The position numbers and the translations under genes were made by a program. 64,000 bases of DNA from Acidimicrobiales bacterium (GTDB taxonomy: Bacteria; Actinomycetota; Acidimicrobiia; Acidimicrobiales; UBA8190), in assembly GCA_035531775.1 (NCBI GenBank), contig DATKSG010000014.1:135-64134 (forward strand). Direction: 5' to 3'. Every line of letters begins with the position of its first letter. Positions within the stretch are counted from its first letter, which is position 1. Below are positions 59,560 to 64,000 of the stretch, piece by piece. The notes below the pieces were generated by a model. It was not told where the DNA came from. It did not search any database and worked only from the letters and a program-made list of their open reading frames with translations.

Positions 59560-60752
59560 CCACCCGTTACACATTCACGTCGGAATCGGTGACCGAGGGC
59601 CACCCCGACAAGATGGCCGACCAGATCTCCGACGCCGTCCTCGACGCCGTGATCGACCAGGACCCCAGGGCCCGCGTGGCGTGCGAGACCATGTTGACCA
59701 CGGGGCTCGTGGTGGTCGCCGGTGAGATCTCCACGTCGTGTTACATCGACATTCCCTCTGTGGTGCGGGCCGTGGTGTGCGACATCGGTTACGACAACGA
59801 CGCCCATGGCTTCAACGGCCGCACGTGCGGGGTCATGGTGGCCCTCGACGAGCAGTCGCCCGACATCGCTCAAGGAGTGACCGCCGCCCACGAGGTGCGC
59901 TCGGGGTCAGGCGGAGAGGACCAGCTCAACGCCCAGGGGGCGGGTGACCAGGGGATGATGTTCGGCTACGCCTGCGACGAGACACCCGACCTCATGCCGC
60001 TGCCCATCTGGTTGGCCCACCGCCTGGCCCAGCGCCTGGCCCAGGTGCGCCGGGTGGGAGTGCTCCCGTACCTGCGTCCTGACGGCAAGACCCAGGTGAG
60101 CGTGATCTACGAGGACGGGCGGCCGGTGGCCATCGACACCATCTTGGTGTCGACGCAGCACGCGCCGGGCGTCGACATCGAGACACTGCTGTTGCCCGAC
60201 CTGCGTGAGCACGTGATCCACCCGCTGCTCCCACCCGATCTCGACTCGTCCAAGCTGCGTATCCTGGCCAACCCCACCGGGCGTTTCGAGCTCGGTGGCC
60301 CCCACGCCGATACCGGCCTAACCGGCCGCAAGATCATCGTGGACACCTACGGCGGTATGGCCCGTCACGGGGGCGGCGCCTTCTCGGGCAAGGACCCGTC
60401 CAAGGTGGACCGCTCGGCTGCCTATGCGGCGCGCTGGGTGGCCAAGCACGTGGTGGCGGCGGGTGCCGCCCAGCGCTGCGAGGTCCAGGTGGCCTACGCC
60501 ATTGGCGTGGCCCGTCCCGTGTCACTGATGGTGGAGACTTTCGGAACCGCCGCCGTCGACCCTCAGGCCATCGAGAAGGCTGTGCGGGAGGTCTTCGACC
60601 TCCGTCCGGCCGCCATCGTGCGCGACCTGGACCTGCTGCGACCCATCTATCGCCGCACGGCCGCCTACGGGCACTTCGGTCGCTCGGACAAGGAGCTCAC
60701 GTGGGAGGCCACGCCGCGGGTGGAGGAGCTCAAGCGGGCCCTGGGGCTGTAG
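59556..60752 (+). CDS. metK: S-adenosylmethionine synthase
   Basis: Motifs [37 protein letters not shown] and [23 protein letters not shown] overlap with coaBC. Confidence 0.95.
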   Translation: MTTRYTFTSESVTEGHPDKMADQISDAVLDAVIDQDPRARVACETMLTTGLVVVAGEISTSCYIDIPSVVRAVVCDIGYDNDAHGFNGRTCGVMVALDEQSPDIAQGVTAAHEVRSGSGGEDQLNAQGAGDQGMMFGYACDETPDLMPLPIWLAHRLAQRLAQVRRVGVLPYLRPDGKTQVSVIYEDGRPVAIDTILVSTQHAPGVDIETLLLPDLREHVIHPLLPPDLDSSKLRILANPTGRFELGGPHADTGLTGRKIIVDTYGGMARHGGGAFSGKDPSKVDRSAAYAARWVAKHVVAAGAAQRCEVQVAYAIGVARPVSLMVETFGTAAVDPQAIEKAVREVFDLRPAAIVRDLDLLRPIYRRTAAYGHFGRSDKELTWEATPRVEELKRALGL

Positions 60753-60814
60753 CGGGGGTACCGCCGGGCCCCGACGCCGACGGCCCGGACCGCCCGGGCG
60801 GTCACGACGCAGTG

Positions 60815-60863
60815 CCCGTGGAGCGAGCGGATCCCGTGGAGCGAGCGGATCCCGTGGAACGCG
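60815..60863 (+). repeat. 18-bp tandem repeat CCCGTGGAGCGAGCGGAT, 2 perfect copies plus a partial third
   Basis: Read directly. It is in frame with priA and encodes (PVERAD)2PVER. Confidence 0.9.
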
Positions 60864-62707
60864 TTGTGCGCGTTGCGCCCGATGTGGCCGCCGTGCGCAA
60901 GGAGTTCGACTATCTGGTGCCCGCCGCCCTGGCCGAGTCGGTGCGCGTGGGCACCGAGGTGCGCGTGGCCCTGCACGGGCGCTCGGTGGCGGGATGGGTG
61001 GTGGCCGACGGCGTGGCGCCGCCGACCGGCGTGACCTTGCGCCCGCTCACCGCCGTGCGTGGCTGGGGGCCGCCCCCGGCCGTGGTGGAGCTGGCCCGAT
61101 GGGCGGCCTGGCGCTGGGCCGGGCCGGTGACGGCGCTGTTGCGCACCGCCTCCCCGCCGACGTTGGTGCGGGCGCTGCCCCCGCTGTCCCCACCGGTAGC
61201 CAGCACTGCCAGTTCTTTGGGTCCACCGGCGAATCGGGTGACGGGAAGCGACGAGCTGTGGGGCGAAGCGCTGGCCGGCGGAGCCAGCGTGCTTCGCCTG
61301 GCGCCGGCAGTCGACACCGGCGAGGTGGTGGAGGCGGCGGCACGACTGGTTGGTCGCGGGCCCGCTGGGTCCTCGGCCGGGGTGGTGGTCCTGGCCCCCG
61401 GCATCGGCGAGGCCCGGCGACTGGCTGGGCGCCTGCGCCAGGGGGGGCACCGGGTGGCGTTGCTCCCCGAGCAGTGGGCCATGGCCCGGGCCGGCGGATG
61501 CGTGGCGGTCGGGGCCAGGGCGGCGGCATTCGCCCCCCTGCCGGCGTTGGCCGCCGCGGTGGTCCTCGACGCCCATGACGAGGTGTACCACGAGGAGCGC
61601 ACCCCGACCTGGTGCGCGTGGCAGGTGGTGGCCGAGCGGGCCCGGCTCGACGTTGCGCCGTGCGTGCTCGTCTCGCCTTGCCCCACCTTGGACCTGCTCG
61701 AGGCCGCCCACCTGGTGGTGCCGTCGCCAGCTGACGAGCGTAGGGGCTGGCCGGTGGTGGAAGTGATCGACCGCCGCGGCGACGACCCGCGTAGGGGGCT
61801 GTACTCGGACCGACTGGTTGCGGCCCTGCGATGGGCGGCGGCCGGAGCCGGACGCAAGGTGGTGTGCGTGCTCAATCGCACCGGCCGGATCCGCCTTTCG
61901 GCGTGCGCCGCCTGCGGCGAGCTCGTGCGTTGCCAACGATGCGGTGGCGCCCTGCAGTCGCGCTCGGCGGAGGCCGGAGCTGATGCCGGGCTGCAGTGCG
62001 GGCGCTGCGGCCTCGAGCGGCCCAAGGTTTGCGCCCAGTGCGGGGGCACGCGCCTCAAGGCCCTTCGGGTGGGCGTGGGGCGAGCCCGCGAGGAGATCGA
62101 GGTACTGGCCGGGGTGCCGGTGGCCGAGGTGAGCGCCGCGTCCGCCGCCGGTCCCGAACCCATCGGCGCCGGTCCGGACCCGGACAGCGCCTCGGTGGTG
62201 ATCGGCACCGAGGCGGTGCTGCACCGGTTGGGGCGAGCCGACGTGGTCGCCTTCTTGGACTTCGACGCCGAGTTGTTGGCCCCCCGCTACGGCGCCGGGG
62301 AGCAGGCCATGTCCCTGCTGGCCAAGGCGGCGCGTCTGGTGGGGCCGAGAGCGACGGACGCCGAAGACCGCCGGCGGGTCTTGGTCCAGACGCGCCAGCC
62401 TGGCCACCCGGCGGTGCTGGCCGCCGTAGGTGCCGACCCCGCCCTATTGGCCGGCGCCGAGCGCGATGTGCGCGGCGCCCTCGGTCTCCCCCCGTACGGG
62501 GCCATGGCCCTGCTGTCGGGCCCGGCGGCCGAGGGCTACGGTGCCGCCCTGCGGGCGGTAGCCCCCGACGGGGTCGAAGTGGGCGGCCCGCACGACGGTG
62601 CCTGGTCGGTGCGCGCCGGCGATCACGCCGCGCTGTGCGACCTGCTGGCGGCCACGGCCCGGCCACCGGGCCGGCTACGGGTGGAGGTGGACCCGCTTCG
62701 GGCCTAG
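60818..62707 (+). CDS. priA: Primosomal protein N' (PriA) with degenerate helicase motifs
   Basis: N-terminal FDYLVP motif and a Cys-rich zinc-binding region (CAACG...CQRCG...CGRCG...CAQCGG). The start is uncertain: in-frame GTGs lie at 60812, 60818, 60836 and 60854, and the ORF-track start at 60701 overlaps metK. Confidence 0.8.
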   Translation: MERADPVERADPVERVVRVAPDVAAVRKEFDYLVPAALAESVRVGTEVRVALHGRSVAGWVVADGVAPPTGVTLRPLTAVRGWGPPPAVVELARWAAWRWAGPVTALLRTASPPTLVRALPPLSPPVASTASSLGPPANRVTGSDELWGEALAGGASVLRLAPAVDTGEVVEAAARLVGRGPAGSSAGVVVLAPGIGEARRLAGRLRQGGHRVALLPEQWAMARAGGCVAVGARAAAFAPLPALAAAVVLDAHDEVYHEERTPTWCAWQVVAERARLDVAPCVLVSPCPTLDLLEAAHLVVPSPADERRGWPVVEVIDRRGDDPRRGLYSDRLVAALRWAAAGAGRKVVCVLNRTGRIRLSACAACGELVRCQRCGGALQSRSAEAGADAGLQCGRCGLERPKVCAQCGGTRLKALRVGVGRAREEIEVLAGVPVAEVSAASAAGPEPIGAGPDPDSASVVIGTEAVLHRLGRADVVAFLDFDAELLAPRYGAGEQAMSLLAKAARLVGPRATDAEDRRRVLVQTRQPGHPAVLAAVGADPALLAGAERDVRGALGLPPYGAMALLSGPAAEGYGAALRAVAPDGVEVGGPHDGAWSVRAGDHAALCDLLAATARPPGRLRVEVDPLRA

Positions 62708-62740
62708 CGTGGGCCGCCAGCGGCGAGCACAGGAGGGGAT

Positions 62741-64000
62741 ATGGCCGAGCTGACCATGACGATCGGCGGAGAGTCGCCGTCCACTGAAGGCACCTTCGGG
62801 GTGCGCAACCCGGCGACAGGCGAGGTGTTCGCCGAGGCGCCCGAGTGCACACGTTCCCAGTTGGACGCGGCCATGGAATCGGCGGCCAAGGCGTACGGCG
62901 ACTGGCGGCTCGACGAAGACGTCCGGCGCCAGGCTCTGCGCGACATGGCCGGCGTCCTCATGGGAGCGCTCGGCGAGTTGGCGCCCCTGCTCACGGCCGA
63001 GCAGGGCAAGCCTCTGAACGATGCCAATCTCGAGATCTTCGGCTCGGCCATGTGGTGCACGTACTACGCGGACCTGGAACGACCCCGTGAGGTCATCCAG
63101 GACGACGCCGAGGCACTGGTCGAGGTGGTGCGACGCCCCCTCGGTGTGGTGGGCGCCATCACCCCGTGGAACTTCCCGCTCAACCTGGCCTTCTGGAAGA
63201 TCGCCCCCGCCCTGCTGGCCGGCAACACGCTCGTGCTCAAGCCGTCACCGTTCACGCCGCTCACCACACTGCGTGCCGCCGAGCTGCTGCGCCAAGTCCT
63301 TCCGCCCGGCGTCCTCAACGTGGTGAGCGGCGGCGACGAACTCGGGGCTTGGATGACCGGGCACCCGGTGCCGCGCAAGATCAGCTTCACCGGCTCCATC
63401 GAGACCGGCAAGAAGGTGGCCATGTCGGCGGCCCCCGACTTGAAGCGTGTCACCTTGGAGCTCGGCGGGAACGATGCCGCCATCGTTCTCGACGACGCCG
63501 ATCCGGCGGCAGTGGCCGACGGGCTCTTCGGCGGGGCGTTCGCCAACAACGGGCAGGTGTGCTCGGCCATCAAGCGCGTGTACGTGCCCGAGGGCATCTA
63601 CGACGACGTGGTGGAGGCCTTGGCCACGCGGGCCCGGGCCATCAAGGTGGGCGACGGCACCGACCCCGAGAGCAAGCTGGGCCCCATCAACAACGCCCCG
63701 CAGTTCGAGCGGGTGAAGGAGTTGGTGGCCGACGCCCTGGCTCACGGGGCCACCGCCGCCGCCGGCGGCAAGGCCATGGACCGGCCCGGCTACTTCTTCG
63801 AACCCACCATCCTGGCCGGGTTGTCAGACGGCACGCGCATCGTGGACGAGGAGCAGTTCGGCCCGGCGCTGCCGGTGATCGCCTATCGCGACCTCGAAGA
63901 CGCGGTTGCCAGAGCCAACGCCACCAACTTCGGCTTGAGCGGCTCGGTGTGGGGGGCCGACGAGGAACGCGCCGCCGAGGTGGCGGGACGCCTCGAGTGC
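62741..64000 (+). CDS. NAD(P)-dependent aldehyde dehydrogenase, 3' end outside the window
   Basis: ATG 62741 follows AGGAGGGG. Motifs ITPWNFP, FTGSIETGK, ELGGNDA and the catalytic-Cys segment NNGQVCSAIKR. The frame is open to the window edge and the ORF is not in the ORF track. Confidence 0.85.
   Translation, partial: MAELTMTIGGESPSTEGTFGVRNPATGEVFAEAPECTRSQLDAAMESAAKAYGDWRLDEDVRRQALRDMAGVLMGALGELAPLLTAEQGKPLNDANLEIFGSAMWCTYYADLERPREVIQDDAEALVEVVRRPLGVVGAITPWNFPLNLAFWKIAPALLAGNTLVLKPSPFTPLTTLRAAELLRQVLPPGVLNVVSGGDELGAWMTGHPVPRKISFTGSIETGKKVAMSAAPDLKRVTLELGGNDAAIVLDDADPAAVADGLFGGAFANNGQVCSAIKRVYVPEGIYDDVVEALATRARAIKVGDGTDPESKLGPINNAPQFERVKELVADALAHGATAAAGGKAMDRPGYFFEPTILAGLSDGTRIVDEEQFGPALPVIAYRDLEDAVARANATNFGLSGSVWGADEERAAEVAGRLEC

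Noticed and set aside
42452-62707. The ~20-kb uninterrupted co-directional run aroC...priA, considered as an unusual super-operon.
   Set aside because: The same block order (aro-pepP-efp-nusB-pyr-ihf-gmk-rpoZ-coaBC-metK-priA) is, as far as I recall, conserved in Streptomyces and partly in Mycobacterium. It is notable for compactness but is not new biology.

Overview
The window is very GC-rich and gene-dense. It is almost entirely core genome from an Actinomycetota-type chromosome. Lineage markers seen are mIHF, the proteasome activator Bpa/PafE, SepF-YggT-DivIVA and a DdbA-like histone/DksA fusion.

Gene order:
- 1-15004 (+): distal dcw cluster ftsI(partial)-murE-mraY-murD-ftsW-murG-murC-murB-ftsQ-ftsZ, then pgeF-yggS-sepF-yggT-divIVA.
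- ileS (-).
- DdbA-like protein, lspA, rluD (+).
- A small non-syntenic island: sigma factor (-), histidine phosphatase, Rrf2 plus membrane protein (-), alkaline-phosphatase-family protein, bpa.
- dnaE.
- Two hypotheticals and a DUF255/YyaL thioredoxin-domain gene (-), then an SDR and tyrS.
- A four-gene overlapping operon: small TM peptide, DUF3151, lipoprotein, flavin reductase.
- Two small ORFs.
- A minus-strand operon: ATP-grasp ligase, B12-binding radical SAM enzyme with a CCAEP motif, 8-Cys protein.
- Nfu-type Fe-S carrier and prepilin peptidase.
- A ~20 kb co-directional run: aroC-aroK-aroB-aroQ-pepP-efp-nusB-pyrR-pyrB-pyrC-carA-carB-pyrD-pyrF-mihF-gmk-rpoZ-coaBC-metK-priA.
- A 3'-truncated aldehyde dehydrogenase.

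Most adjacent genes are coupled by 4-nt ATGA/GTGA start/stop overlaps. I found no rRNA, tRNA, CRISPR array, transposase or integrase.

The many long antisense ORFs in the six-frame track are high-GC shadow ORFs. Most ORF-track starts for genes after the first in an operon are too far upstream and were trimmed.

The best candidate for an undescribed system is the ATP-grasp / CCAEP radical-SAM / Cys-rich operon at 37326-40967. Secondary points are a recurrent leaderless-promoter signature (TANNNT 6-8 nt before the start codon), a symmetric palindromic divergent promoter at 33006-33061, an unannotated ~39-aa membrane peptide, and a PriA with degenerate helicase motifs.
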